A stretch of 63,635 nt of DNA, filler included, from Octopus bimaculoides (lineage: Eukaryota), in assembly GCF_001194135.2 (NCBI RefSeq). It is 7 parts of 7 records of this genome, joined end to end, with 100 filler letters (N's around TTAATTAATTAA, not from the genome) between each part and the next. Parts side by side here need not be neighbours in the genome. Positions count along the whole stretch, not along the records: positions 34,503 to 40,238 come from NC_068988.1; positions 40,339 to 49,891 come from NC_068982.1; positions 49,992 to 58,106 come from NC_068985.1; 4 more parts are not named here. One strand, given 5' to 3'. The position numbers were made by a program, and so were the translations under genes. This document shows positions 39,145 to 52,421 of this stretch, one piece after another (position 1 is the stretch's first letter; the number at the start of each line of letters is the position of its first letter). A model generated the notes under the pieces. It was not told where the DNA came from, ran no database searches, and saw only the letters and a list, made by a program, of their open reading frames with translations.

Positions 39145-39251
39145 TACATTCTCAATGACACAAATTGATGTTTACGTCAGGATGTTGTTTGATTTGTGTC
39201 TTGAGACTAAACAGTTATATATATTCATAGTGTACGCTTGTATATAAATAA

Positions 39252-39301
<50 letters not shown>

Positions 39302-39510
39302 TTGTATATATGTGAGTACACATAGACATACTTGCGTTGGAGACAGAAAAGTTTCCGTGAAGACGTGTTTTGTAAATCCTAACATTTACACAAATGATTG
39401 AATAATATTCAAAGATACCAAATAAAAAGAAAGACAGAAAGAAAGAAAAGATAAATTGATTTATTTACTTGTTTGTTTCCTCATATATCCACTACTTCTC
39501 TCTCTCTCTC

Positions 39511-39578
<68 letters not shown>

Positions 39579-39703
39579 CATGACATATATATATACATAT
39601 ACATACATAACATATATATATGTATATACATGCATACATACATACATACAGACTAGGAAGAGGATCAGGTAGTTATAGATATATGCCTATATGTGTGTGT
39701 GTA

Positions 39704-39845
<142 letters not shown>

Positions 39846-42800
39846 TACATACATATATACATACATACATATGTTATTTTATACAAATGTATGTACGTAC
39901 CAAGAGCAAAAATCAGAGACCAAACAAAAATATCTCGTAGGTACATACACATACACACACACACGCATACACGCACACACATACACGCACACGCAAAGGG
40001 ATTCGTGTAGTTCTCAACGTACACATGTATAAGTGTGTCTGTGTTTGTGTTTCTGTGTGTATGTGCAAGCTGTGTGTGCGTATGTGTGTGCGCGCGTTCT
40101 TGGGCGTAACTTTCCCACTCGTCGAAAGTTTCTCTTTCTGCCTCTCTCTCTCTCTCTCTTTGTCTCTCTCTTTCTTTCTCTCACTCTGCCCCTCTCTCTC
40201 TCTCTTTGTCTCTCTCTTACCTCTGTCTTTCTTTCTCTNNNNNNNNNNNNNNNNNNNNNNNNNNNNNNNNNNNNNNNNNNNNTTAATTAATTAANNNNNN
40301 NNNNNNNNNNNNNNNNNNNNNNNNNNNNNNNNNNNNNNATATATATATATCGGGCGGCTTTTAAGTTAGCTCCTGTGGAGGGCTCTTCATTGGGCCTTGG
40401 ACCCAACAATGACACTTCATGCATTGAGTACATATTAAATTTTATTAAACTTGACCAATATTTTCCATGCAGTGAACAATTTTTATCAAAACAATGATAT
40501 AATTTGTCGACTTGCAACTTATTGCAAAGCTGCATGATAAACAACATTTTTTGTCTTCCCCTTTAGGGGTCAGTACAATTTTTTTTCTGTCTAACCTCTT
40601 TCTTTCTCTGTCTCTTTCTGTTGATTGTTTTCAACCATCACCATCACCAGTACCACCACCATCACCACCACAACTGCCATACACACACCTTTCAGTCTTC
40701 TGACGCCAACATCATTAATAGCTTTGACTTCGCCCCTTCTCCTCCACCACCATCACTACTGTCTTTTACATCTCTTACTATCACCGTCATCCCTGACTGA
40801 CCACCAGCACCATCATCACCATCTCCTCCGCCTCTATCACGACTGCAGCTCATACTATTACAATCACCCCATTACCATCACAACCGTCAATCTACTACCG
40901 TCTCTATGCCAACTATTACTCTCACCCCATCATGAGGAATAGTGGAAGTGTCATTGAATAGTGAGAGACGGGGTCAAAGTATGACACACTGACACACACA
41001 AATTCGTTTGGCATTTATTATTATAGATATATAACATACGTAGCTCATATAAATTCACCAAAAACAATGTGATTTATTATCAGCTCGATAAATTTTATTA
41101 TTATAATCGCCACCCAAATTGTTAATATAATTACATTTAATTTTCCAATACCGACTTAATCGTGAAAAAATCCATCTTATTAAAGCTTCTTATATATTTT
41201 TGGCTGTTAGCTGCAACCAGGTTAATTATCTTGATAGTGTTATAATTATTGACTGTGCAGAAAATTCAATTCAAAAATTCCAATGGAAGTAAAACGTATT
41301 CGAAGATATATAGTTCTACAATATTGGGTCACTAAAAGTTTAGATTGGCGCCAAGCTTTGATAACATTACTCTATCAAATGATTCCTCTTCTAAAAGCTG
41401 CGTAGTTTATCAGTGTCTTTGGACCCTACAGTTTCTCTTGTGGCTGGTATGTTGAATTCTCCAAGTGATAACGCATAATCATTCCAAGCGAGTTCTAACC
41501 TTCGTTAGTGACAGTAATACAAACATTTCATATAAAATAAGTAAAAATCATTGAAATGATTTATATCTAATTGGATTTAGCTGTGTAGTTCAGAAAATTA
41601 GACAGGATCGCTTTACAATGTTGTTTGTATGAATAGGTCCCTTACTGGCTGATACTATCAAAACAATGGAAATTTTCTCCTATGACTTTGATTATACAAC
41701 TTGTAATGTTAAGAATCGTGAAATATAATATTTTACATGCAGCACACGCTCAATTACACAGTTACGCATTCTCTTTCACCTTCTCCTGTTAACAATACAT
41801 CTCACTTTTAGTCAAATCTTGTTGAATACAATGTCAAACATGATGATTTATTTTTCCGCTACTGCTCATTTATCTTACAGTTACAAGGAAAGATATCAGC
41901 ATGTAATACAACACAATTAGTCAGAAGCTATACTTGGATTTTATAAAGTATGAAAACAGAAAAAAGACCATCATATATCATAAAATCATTTATGCTTCAG
42001 TTTGCGTGTGTATTTTATGTGATGTGTGTATTTTATGTGATGTGTGTGTATATGACTACTTTTTTTTATCAGTATTCTTCCGAGGAGGAGGGAGCTGATT
42101 TCCAATAAAAGAAACAAAGCACCATCTGTGGAATTTGGATAACAGCAGTGATAATTGTTATACATCAAACTCTGAGAAAGTCTTGTTTATTTTTACTGTT
42201 CCACTTACTGACTGTAATTGCAAAGTATAATCGGTCTCTTTCGTTGCTTGAAAATTCTAATGTAAGGTTTCTTTAATTATTTGAAGTCTTCTTGTAAAGA
42301 AGGAGTTGGTTTCTAACAAAGCTACAAAGGTTTATCATTGTAAAAAAGATGGCGAAAACGAACTTGAGAAAAGTCTTGCATATTTTTATTGTTCTGCTTA
42401 CAGATTGCGAACATCACGAGAAGTTAATATCATGCAGATTCTTTCGAACTGCTGTTGATGATCTGGGTGATACCTCCTACACTGGTACTGGTATGGCACA
42501 GTTGACACTTTCTATAAAAACGTGACGCTTTAAAGACATCGTTCTTATCTTTCTTGTTGGTGAGGTATTTAGTTGCTATCTCTCGTCCATGGGCGCAAAA
42601 AGCATACTTTCTAGATGAGGTGTATCATAGGAGAGGTTATTATTTCTGTCAATGTTGCTGGTATTCTCTAGCTTACAGGATATACACAACTTCTTGCTAT
42701 GATAAGTGTTTTGGAGGTTATTTCAGCTACCCTTAGTTAATGTGGAAAAAAACTGTAGATTTAGTGCACCTATTCAGAAGGACTTCATCTAATCTTATGA

Positions 42801-43795
42801 TGCTATTGTTTTTGTTGTTGAGTACACATGTAATGCATTCATTCTTGCCTTTACTGATATGAGAGCACTTAAAGGTCATCTAAACTGATCTTATGCCTCT
42901 GCTTCCATTTTTCTGTTTAACACAGATGTTGTCTGTGTCACTGTTGATGTGGAAGTTACCAGTAGTTGTTAGTAGCATTCTAGTCTTCATGTTCAAGATG
43001 CAGATCTTCTTTAATGTCCAGTCTAGTATCCCAAATGACATATGGTCATATTGAATGCAAGTGACTTTGACTTAAACATTATCTGAAATCTGCTCTGTAT
43101 GTACGTATATACGTGTTTGTGTGTGTGTGCGCGCGCACACGCGTGCGATGTGAATTCGTTGTGTGTAGGCATTCGTATGTGCGTGCATACTTGTGAACTA
43201 GGTCTCAGAGATGAAATGTTAATGAAAGAGCATCGTGACAACGAGATGGGCAATGAATGAAATATAGAATATAAACACCATGTTGATTATTATCATTATA
43301 CTGTGGTCAGATAACAATTGTTCAATAACAAATGCATGTGATGAAATAAATATACTGCAGCGACTAGTAATTTCTGTGGTATATAAAGACCACACATAGC
43401 TTTTATTTTACTTTAATGATTTTGCTTTCAAAAGTACTGAACGAATTAACAACTAATTAGCTCTATACGCAATGCAATTCACAGCAATCTTTCACTCCAA
43501 GGATTAAGAAACAAAGAATTGAAAGTGAAAGACGGCAATGTACAACAAACTTGGCTACTCCTGAGAAAGCGATGATATCGTAAATATTAGTAAATGCTTA
43601 AAAGTAGGTTATTAAACGTCATTATTATAGATTTCTGCTTTCATTTTTCAACAGTATCATTTAGTGAATGAGCTTTTCATGCATGCGTCTAGGTATTTGA
43701 TTGGACAGATGTATCATTCATAAGTTGACTAAATATTGTTGAGAGATAAAAACACAAATCTATAATAATGACGCTGAATAACTTACTTTTAAGCA

Positions 43796-44157
43796 TATAG
43801 GAAAGTTGGTTATACATCATTAGAGGTATACCTGACTTTCCTATATAAAATTATAGAAATATAACGGAACGCTGAACTCCAGACTATCAACTTAAACAAC
43901 ACTTTATTTAGGTGGTAAATATATACATCTTTAGTTCTTGTTGTTACAGCTTCTGTTGTGTGTGAGCATAGTTGTTGGGACGTGGGTATGTAGTTGCAAG
44001 CGAGCTGTCGAGTGTAAGTCCGAAAGATGTAGAGAGACAGCTTATCACGTCCATGCTCATGGTCGGCCGACCGTAAAAGAGATAGAATTAAGCGGGAACG
44101 CTTGCTTGTTTAATTCCACGCATGCGAGAGACTACGCATGCGCACGGCGTTACTACA
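43796..44157 (-). mobile_element. Solo LTR of a Gypsy-like LTR retrotransposon family (362 bp)
   Basis: Aligns end to end with the LTR at 47449-47885 apart from a roughly 75-bp deletion between two CACGTCCATGCTC direct repeats. Minus-strand start TGTAGTAAC; flanked by a perfect AGCA(T) target-site duplication (43792-43796 / 44158-44162). Confidence 0.85.
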
Positions 44158-45367
44158 AGCATTTACTTATTCGTTTCGCTTTCTTAGGATATTCGAGTTT
44201 ATTTTTGTACATGCCCAGCTTTCATGTCCAATCATGTACCTAAATTAAAAGAAAGATCGCCTAAATCACCAAGCCATGAAGTGTCGCACTAAATAGAAAG
44301 ATGTAGAAAGCTGTCCACTGGTCATGAGGGATAGACACTTCAAATGTTATAGTTCCAGTTTCTTTCTGTATTTCTTATTCTTTATTTTGTTACCATTTAT
44401 CAATGAGATAGATCTGTTATTAACAGTAGAATCGTGGACCAAAATTCCCAGTTGTATTTAATCACGCCACTTTACATTCCGAGTTCAAATCGCACGGAAG
44501 CTGCCTTTCTCTTGCATTCTTTTAGGATTGATAACATTAGTATCAGGAAAGTTGATCGGTAGAAATGGCAGAATCACGGATAAAATTCCTTGCAGCGTTA
44601 TGTAGCTTCACATTCTGAGTCCAAATCCCATCGAAGTTTTAATAAAAGTTCTTTTCTTCTTTATTTTTCAAAATGAAAGACTTTGACTTTCACCGTTGAA
44701 ACAAAATGGATCGTTTTTCTTGCCAATTGTCAGCCTTTTTAAGGAATTGCACTCCTCATATCAGTTAGGAAATCAGTAGTCAACGATCAACAGGGTCTAT
44801 GAGAATGGTATTCAGCTGGTACATAAATCTGGGGCGCGGGAATCCAAAGCAGAACCCGATTCAAAAAGAGTTTCCGTGGGTTTCTGACGAGAATGGACCC
44901 TACCTTCTTGCCAGTTGAGGCCCGAAAGTTACCTCTTTCTGCCGGGCAAATTTTCTCTCAGAGGATCTGATAGTCAACAGCTGAAACTATATTTATGAGT
45001 TAAATGTGAAATATCCTTAAATTTAATTTAAAGAATACGTTAGTTTTTATTACTCCCTTCCGGATCAATCGACTTAAAACATGCATGCATACCTGCATAA
45101 GTACAGATATTTCCCGATGAAACGTTTTGTACACATTTAAATTAATTAATGTTTATATATTAGTTAATTATACTAATAATGGCGTTTGTACATTTACAGC
45201 TGAAACAACTATAGAGATTAAAATGAAATTATGAAACATCTGTGAAATCTCCGCCTTTTCACTATTCTAAATATATACATACATATACATATACACACAC
45301 GTGTCCGTGTGTGCATCTGTGTCTGTGTGTGTGTATGCGCGTATGTGTGTGCGCGTGTGTATGTACG

Positions 45368-47885
45368 TATAGGAAAGTTGGTTATACATCATTAGATGTA
45401 TACCTGACTTTCCTATATAAAATTAAAAATTAAGCGGAACGCTGAACTCCAGACTATCAACTTAAACAATGTTTATTCAGGTGTTAAATATATACATCTT
45501 TTGCTCTTGTTTGTTGTTACAGCTTCTGTGTGTGTGAGCATAGTTGTTGGGACGTTGTTATGTAGATGTGAGCGAGCTGTCGAGTGTAAGTCCGAAAGAT
45601 GGAGAGTGACAGCTATACACGTAAAGAGACTGTNNNNNNNNNNNNNNNNNNNNNNNNNNNNNNNNNNNNNNNNNNNNNNNNNNNNNNNNNNNNNNNNNNN
45701 NNNNNNNNNNNNNNNNNNNNNNNNNNNNNNNNNNNNNNNNNNNNNNNNNNNNNNNNNNNNNNNNNNNNNNNNNNNNNNNNNNNNNNNNNNNNNNNNNNNN
45801 NNNNNNNNNNNNNNNNNNNNNNNNNNNNNNNNNNNNNNNNNNNNNNNNNNNNNNNNNNNNNNNNNNNNNNNNNNNNNNNNNNNNNNNNNNNNNNNNNNNN
45901 NNNNNNNNNNNNNNNNNNNNNNNNNNNNNNNNNNNNNNNNNNNNNNNNNNNNNNNNNNNNNNNNNNNNNNNNNNNNNNNNNNNNNNNNNNNNNNNNNNNN
46001 NNNNNNNNNNNNNNNNNNNNNNNNNNNNNNNNNNNNNNNNNNNNNNNNNNNNNNNNNNNNNNNNNNNNNNNNNNNNNNNNNNNNNNNNNNNNNNNNNNNN
46101 NNNNNNNNNNNNNNNNNNNNNNNNNNNNNNNNNNNNNNNNNNNNNNNNNNNNNNNNNNNNNNNNNNNNNNNNNNNNNNNNNNNNNNNNNNNNNNNNNNNN
46201 NNNNNNNNNNNNNNNNNNNNNNNNNNNNNNNNNNNNNNNNNNNNNNNNNNNNNNNNNNNNNNNNNNNNNNNNNNNNNNNNNNNNNNNNNNNNNNNNNNNN
46301 NNNNNNNNNNNNNNNNNNNNNNNNNNNNNNNNNNNNNNNNNCGTGGTCAGTTGTGACCGGTTACCTGGTACGGAATATTCAATGAAAGTTACACAAGGAA
46401 AATTTGGTCTGTTGATCGTGAGTGGAAACATCCACTCTAACAGAGTCGACAAAACCGAGTGTGTTGATATGGTGTGATCCTGGTGGTGGGGTTGTTGGCG
46501 CACGACATTGTGGTAGACAGTACATTGATGGTGAAGACGTCGGCGCAGGAACTGTAATATAGCTGTGTTCTATATGTGTGGTGGTAATTGTTGTCGTCGC
46601 GGTGGTAATCTTGGTTGAACGAAGCTGGTGGCGAAAAGGCTGTTTGGTGATGAGTGTTTGAAGAGGTGCCCTTTTTACAGACGGTCGACAGACAAATCTC
46701 TGGACGACCAATAGCGAAAACCTCGAAGAAAATTTTCTTAACCCAAGATGAAAGAACGACCGTGTGAACTCAAAAAAGGAGAAATGGTGACGAATGGAAA
46801 AACAGAGGACTCCTTTTATTTAAACGTGTCACACGGTCGAACACCAAAATATATATCAAAGATGATATACAAGTAATTATGTTATACTACGGTAACATAG
46901 ATTTCGTAAATACCAGTAATGAGACGATAGAAAAGACAACCGTATGAAATGAATAACAAGAGATATTTAGTGTGGCATAAAAGATGTATGTGTATGTGAG
47001 AGTGTGAATGCGACATATAAGAACATAATAAAAGACAGGCCGTCTATATGTATGTGAGATATCACAGCAGATAGAAAGTCAGNNNNNNNNNNNNNNNNNN
47101 NNNNNNNNNNNNNNNNNNNNNNNNNNNNNNNNNNNNNNNNNNNNNNNNNNNNNNNNNNNNNNNNNNNNNNNNNNNNNNNNNNNNNNNNNNNNNNNNNNNN
47201 NNNNNNNNNNNNNNNNNNNNNNNNNNNNNNNNNNNNNNNNNNNNNNNNNNNNNNNNNNNNNNNNNNNNNNNNNNNNNNNNNNNNNNCTCCATGGCCGCAT
47301 TTGTTCTTTAGTCGGGGTTCACCAGTTATAGGTTGGTAGTCCAGAGTCCATGCTGCGTTTGTTTCTTCGTCGGTGTCACCACTTTATAAGAAAGTGGGTT
47401 ATTGCAGCTCAGCGGGCTGCGTGTTCGAATCACGTCGGGGGTCACCAGTATAGGAAAGTTGGTTATACATCATTAGATGTATACCTGACTTTCCTATATA
47501 AAATTAAAGAATATAACGGTACGCTGAACTCCAGACTATCAACTTAAACAACATTTATTCAGGTAGTAAATATATACATCTTTAGCTCTTGTTTGTTGTT
47601 ACAGTCTCTGTGTGTGTGAGCATAGTTATTAGGACGTTGGTATGTAGATGTAAGCGAGCTGTCGAGTGTAAGTCCGAAAGATGGAGAGTGACAGCTAAAC
47701 ACGTCCATGCTCTATTGTTGGCCAGCAAGAAAGAGACTGTCTCCAGGTTGGAATGTTGAAGACACTGCTTGACACGTCCATGCTCATGGCCGGCCGACCG
47801 AGAAAGAGATAGAATAGAAACGGGAACGCTTGCTTGTTTAATTCCACGCATGCGTGAGACTACGCATGCGCACGGCGTTACTACA
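45368..47885 (-). mobile_element. Two-LTR, internally deleted (non-autonomous) Gypsy-like retrotransposon with tRNA-Trp PBS
   Basis: 5' LTR 47449-47885; 3' LTR 45368-45633 runs into an N gap; TSD TACG(T)/TACA(T) with one mismatch; PBS 47415-47447 abuts the 5' LTR. Internal 46341-47415 has no intact ORF, only a frameshifted GRPEI-SVDRL-KRAPL resembling the integrase C-terminal SIDRLK motif near 46660-46710, followed by Thr/Pro-rich sequence. True length is uncertain because of two gaps. Confidence 0.8.
47415..47447 (-). other. Extended primer-binding site complementary to the 3' half of tRNA-Trp including CCA
   Basis: Plus strand reads GGCTGCGTGTTCGAATCACGTCGGGGGTCACCA, matching the metazoan tRNA-Trp(CCA) 3' end as I recall it (GGCTGCGTGTTCGAATCACGTCGGGGTCA+CCA) with one extra G. 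It lies 1-2 nt from the LTR end. Confidence 0.85.
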
Positions 47886-48429
47886 TACATATATATATAT
47901 GCATACATACATTAAACTGAAGTTCAATTAAGAATTCCTCAAACAGATCATAGCGGGACTGAGCTTGTATGTAGAAATTGATATTGTGTTTAGTGTCATT
48001 TACAATCAATATCATATTCTAAATCGATGTCACAACGTCTTTATATAATGCATATGCACATCTACAAGCTGCTTTTTTCAATAACTTGAAAACAATTGTA
48101 AACTATTGATTTTTCACAATAAGGCTACAAATGTCGTGGGAGGATATTGTCGATTATATTGAATCTAGAACTTGTTTCATACATCTATCTTCGATCATCA
48201 CTGATTCATTCATCACTGATTCATTCATCACTGATACAGGTTAAACTGTGCCAAAATTTGAAACCAGTATTATTAAATATAGTAAGGCAGAATCGTAAGC
48301 ACGCCGGGCGAAGTGCTTAGCGGTATTTCGTCTGTCTTTATGTTCTGATTTCAAATTCTGCCGAGGTCGACTTTGCCTTTCATCCCTTTCGGGGTCGATA
48401 AATTAAGTACCAGTTGCGTACTGGGAGCG

Positions 48430-49160
48430 AGGATCTTTCTGATTTGACGGGCAACACTTTTCATTAATGTTTTATGTAGTGTTTTTGGTACCGAAACACT
48501 TTCAAACTTCGTATACTTGTATATTTTGTGTTATAGAACAGATAAAAATTTTTGTATTCGAAGTTATTTCATGTAAAAAATTGTCGTATTTCGGTAATTT
48601 CAACCAATCACTGACGTCTATTGAGGTAAAAACAATTACTACCGTGGAATGTAAACAACGGTGTCATGGGATCTTTTCCCTTGAATAAAATTAGTGCCGT
48701 TGTTTGTCAACAACAACTACCCGTGTTACTCTTATTTATGACATCGTTCGTGCGTTTGTACTGGTTTTAGCTTTAGGGTTAAGGTTCGGGTTCGGGTTTT
48801 AGAGTTAGGGTTAGTTTTAGGATTACGGTTAGGGTTATGATTATTTTTGCCATAACCTCACTCATAACCCTAACCCTAACCCTAAAACCCTATAACTCAT
48901 AACCATAACCCTAACCCTAACCCCAACCATAACCCTAAAACCCTAACCCTAACTCTAAAACTCGAACCCTAACCCTAAACCCTTACTAGGGAATAATGAT
49001 ATAATTAAACAGGGCATAACACTCTTGACAACGGTAAAAAATATTGTTTATAAAAACAGCACTAACTGTATTCAGCTGAATAGACGCCAGTGATTGGCTG
49101 AAATTACAGAAATACGACAACTTTAACATGAAATAACTTGCAATATATAAATTTTGCACT
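48430..49160. mobile_element. Foldback non-autonomous DNA element with an internal head-to-head degenerate telomere-like array
   Basis: 48558-48622 is the near-perfect reverse complement of about 49078-49140. The centre has (TTAGGG)n-like 48770-48840 followed by (CCCTAA)n-like 48855-48985. Confidence 0.75.
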
Positions 49161-49856
49161 CTGGGGCCGATGCAATCGATTAGCCCTCCTCACTCCCAAA
49201 TTTCAGATCTTGTACCTATAGTAGAAAGAAATATTACTACAGGTTCGAATTTCAGAAATGTCATCTGCTATCTGCTACAAATCACCTGTGATATCAATTT
49301 CATTTAATGATTTATCTGTTTCTGTGAAAACCGATTCATGTCGAAGAGTAACATCACATAAACACGGTATTGATATGGATGTACAGTAAAACTGAAGGAA
49401 TAAATAAAAAAAAACCCCAAATTTTTAATGGTTTAATCTGTTATATTTTTATTGGAAGGAATATTAATAAGATTTCATGATCACGTTCAGCATTAAATTT
49501 ATTGCATCGTTTTCCTTTTATCCAAATCCAGAACCAGAATTATTTCTTGTGTACGCATCCAGCGGGAAATGCCTTCAAATTTAAAATCTAGTAACGTTTC
49601 GACACTGATCCAGAGTCGTCTTGACTAGAAAGTAATGAATGGATTTTGAAACAAATCGAATCATGTTTAAATGACACAAAACCATTAAATTGATTTTAAA
49701 AGGTAATTCACAAAGACAACCTTTGAGGTTAAAATAGAATTGGAAAAGTTGGGGATTAGAAGAAAAATGCTTATTTTCAACATATGATTATATTGATAAA
49801 TACCTCACATAATTATACATACATACAAACATACATGCATACAAACAAACAAACAA

Positions 49857-49891
<35 letters not shown>

Positions 49892-49991
49892 NNNNNNNNN
49901 NNNNNNNNNNNNNNNNNNNNNNNNNNNNNNNNNNNTTAATTAATTAANNNNNNNNNNNNNNNNNNNNNNNNNNNNNNNNNNNNNNNNNNNN

Positions 49992-50048
<57 letters not shown>

Positions 50049-50615
50049 CACACACATGCATAAATATATACATGCATATATATATCTATCTATTTATCTA
50101 TCTATCTAGCTATATATATATATATATACATATATACAACGGGCTTCCCTCAGTTTCCGCCCGGGTCTATAGTAGAAGACATTTGCCCAAAATGCCATGC
50201 AGTGGGATTGAACCCCGGACTATGTGGTTGGGAAACAAGCTTCTTACCACACAGCCACGCCATTTAAAAACTCTTTTCGTGTTACATTGTCTTCGGGTTA
50301 TGTTGCATGTCTTGGGACCTGTTACCGACGTAAGTTGAGGTATGCCTGTACGTCATCGTCACATGATTTTGTTTTCCCAAAGTTGATATCGTGAAATACG
50401 CAGAGTCTGGTGGTGGGTGGGGGGAAGCAGTTGTTTGCACTAGGCTACATTTTACAACAATTTTTAAACGTGGGTTAGATTGAAAAAACATCCTTCACGT
50501 CTTTCTTGTCCAATCAGTGGTGTCATTGTGTGACTGATGCACTGGGTGGAACGAATACGAAGTGAGAAAAGGTGCAGGCAGAGGCATGTGATTATTGTCA
50601 ATATGAAAGGGCAGC

Positions 50616-50830
50616 AAGGCGGCGAGCTGGCAGAATCGTTAGCACGCCGGGCAAAATGCTTAGCGGTATTTCGTCTGCCGTTACGTTCTGAGCTCAAATT
50701 CCGCCGAGGTCGACTTTGCCTTATATCCTTTCGTCGTCGATAAATTAAGTACCAGTTACGCACTGGGGTCGATGTAATCGACTTAATCCCTTTGTCTGTC
50801 CTTGTTTGTCCCCTCTGTGTTTAGCCCCTT
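50616..50830 (+). mobile_element. SINE-C, representative copy
   Basis: GGCGGCGAGCTGGCAGAATCGTTAGC ... GAGCTCAAATTCCGCCGAGGTCGAC ... CAATAAAGAAATAA. Other copies at about 1030-1210(-), 9135-9310(+), 12085-12200(-), 14499-14870(+, two), 19505-20140(-, three), 26215-26625(+, two), 26912-27020(+), 35285-35503(-), 37480-37700(-), 48283-48425(+), 52848-53080(+). Confidence 0.85.
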
Positions 50831-51442
50831 GTGGGCAATAAAGAAATAAATATGAAAGGGCAATTTTGTCTGCCGTTACGTTTTGAGTTCAAATTCCGTC
50901 GAGATCGATTTCGCCTTTCATCCTTTCGGGGGCGATTAAATAAGTACCATGTGTAAATTTATCTGGAGGTTTTGGTAGTTTTTTTAAGGTATCAGCACTT
51001 CAAGTATGCTGGAGTTAGGTCATTTTCGCCCTAGCTCCCTTAATACAATGATATACATATGTATATTATTATTAATTTAGTTTATAAATTGCTTATAAAA
51101 TGTTATAGCATGCTGACTACCTGATAAAAATCATTAACGTGATTTTTATCTTTATATTCTGTTATGAATAAATATATATATCCGTCCTCGTTTTTGTATA
51201 CATTCGCTGCTTTCTTCCAAGGAATCTAATGCTCTTAGCTTAGTTTTTCTTTGGGGCTGGCCAGATTGGAGCAGTATCGAGAATAACCAGCTGAAATTGC
51301 AAGGATAATCTGGATCTCGACTGAAGAGAGAAAACTCCGAATGACCTGTCCGTGTTTTCTTTGTATCGTCCATCTGGATGTTTTGTCTCTTTCTTGTATC
51401 ACCTAACTGTCTTGATGTTTTGCGTTCTTGTCCCATTCTGTA

Positions 51443-51494
<52 letters not shown>

Positions 51495-51996
51495 TATATG
51501 CATATATGCATATATGTCTGCATATGCATATGTGCGTGTGTGCGTGTCATATCATTGACACACTTTCTTTAATTCTCTTCTACGTATGTGAAATAGGTCA
51601 GGCGTAAATGTGCTTACTACTTAATAGTTTGTATTAATTACGCTAAGCATGGAATTTCCCTGGTTATTTTGAGAAATGAAAATAGTTAGACATTTAGTGG
51701 AGAGTGTCATTGAATTCATAATTTCCTTTTGCGATACTGTTTCTCCTGAAACTTTTGATTTTTGAGATGGAGTAAACCTCGCAGAGATGGTACTAAATTT
51801 GCAGACTTAGGAGAGATCATCTTCGAAATCTATAATCTTTGTTATATAAATACAATCATGATTCACGCCTTTTTCACCTCTGCAGTGTCTCTTCTAAAAA
51901 CCTGTCTGCCTCTTCCAAAAACCGCACCACACCAGAATAGAACCGTACAATGCTTGGGTGGAGTGGTGTTTACGGAACCTGTCTGTCTGTCTGATG

Positions 51997-52055
<59 letters not shown>

Positions 52056-52421
52056 GTATATCTATCCTGCTATCTTGCTATCTATTTTTATGTGTACATA
52101 TATAAACATAAACATAAATATATCTATCTTTTATTTGACTTAGTCGTTGGACTGCAGCCATGCTGAGCCACTGTCTTGAAGGGTTTAGGGGCGAAGAAAT
52201 CGCCCCCAGTATTTATTATTTTTAAAACTTGATACTTATTCTATCGACCTGTTTTGCCGAACCGGTAAGTTTCGGAGATATAAACAAACTAGCATCGGTT
52301 TTCAAACAGTAACTGTGGACAACCACATACAGAAAGACAACGACACGTGAAATACACACACATACACAAACACACACGCACACAAACACACAAACACACA
52401 ATCACATATACCTATGTGTAT

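Noticed and set aside
42850-43020. Possible hAT dimerisation-domain remnant on the minus strand
   Set aside because: Similarity too weak to support by eye.
47415-47447. tRNA-Trp gene
   Set aside because: Only the 3' half is present, it includes encoded CCA, and it abuts an LTR; it is a PBS.
48770-48985. True telomere or chromosome fusion site
   Set aside because: Short, degenerate and embedded symmetrically in inverted arms of a repeat element.
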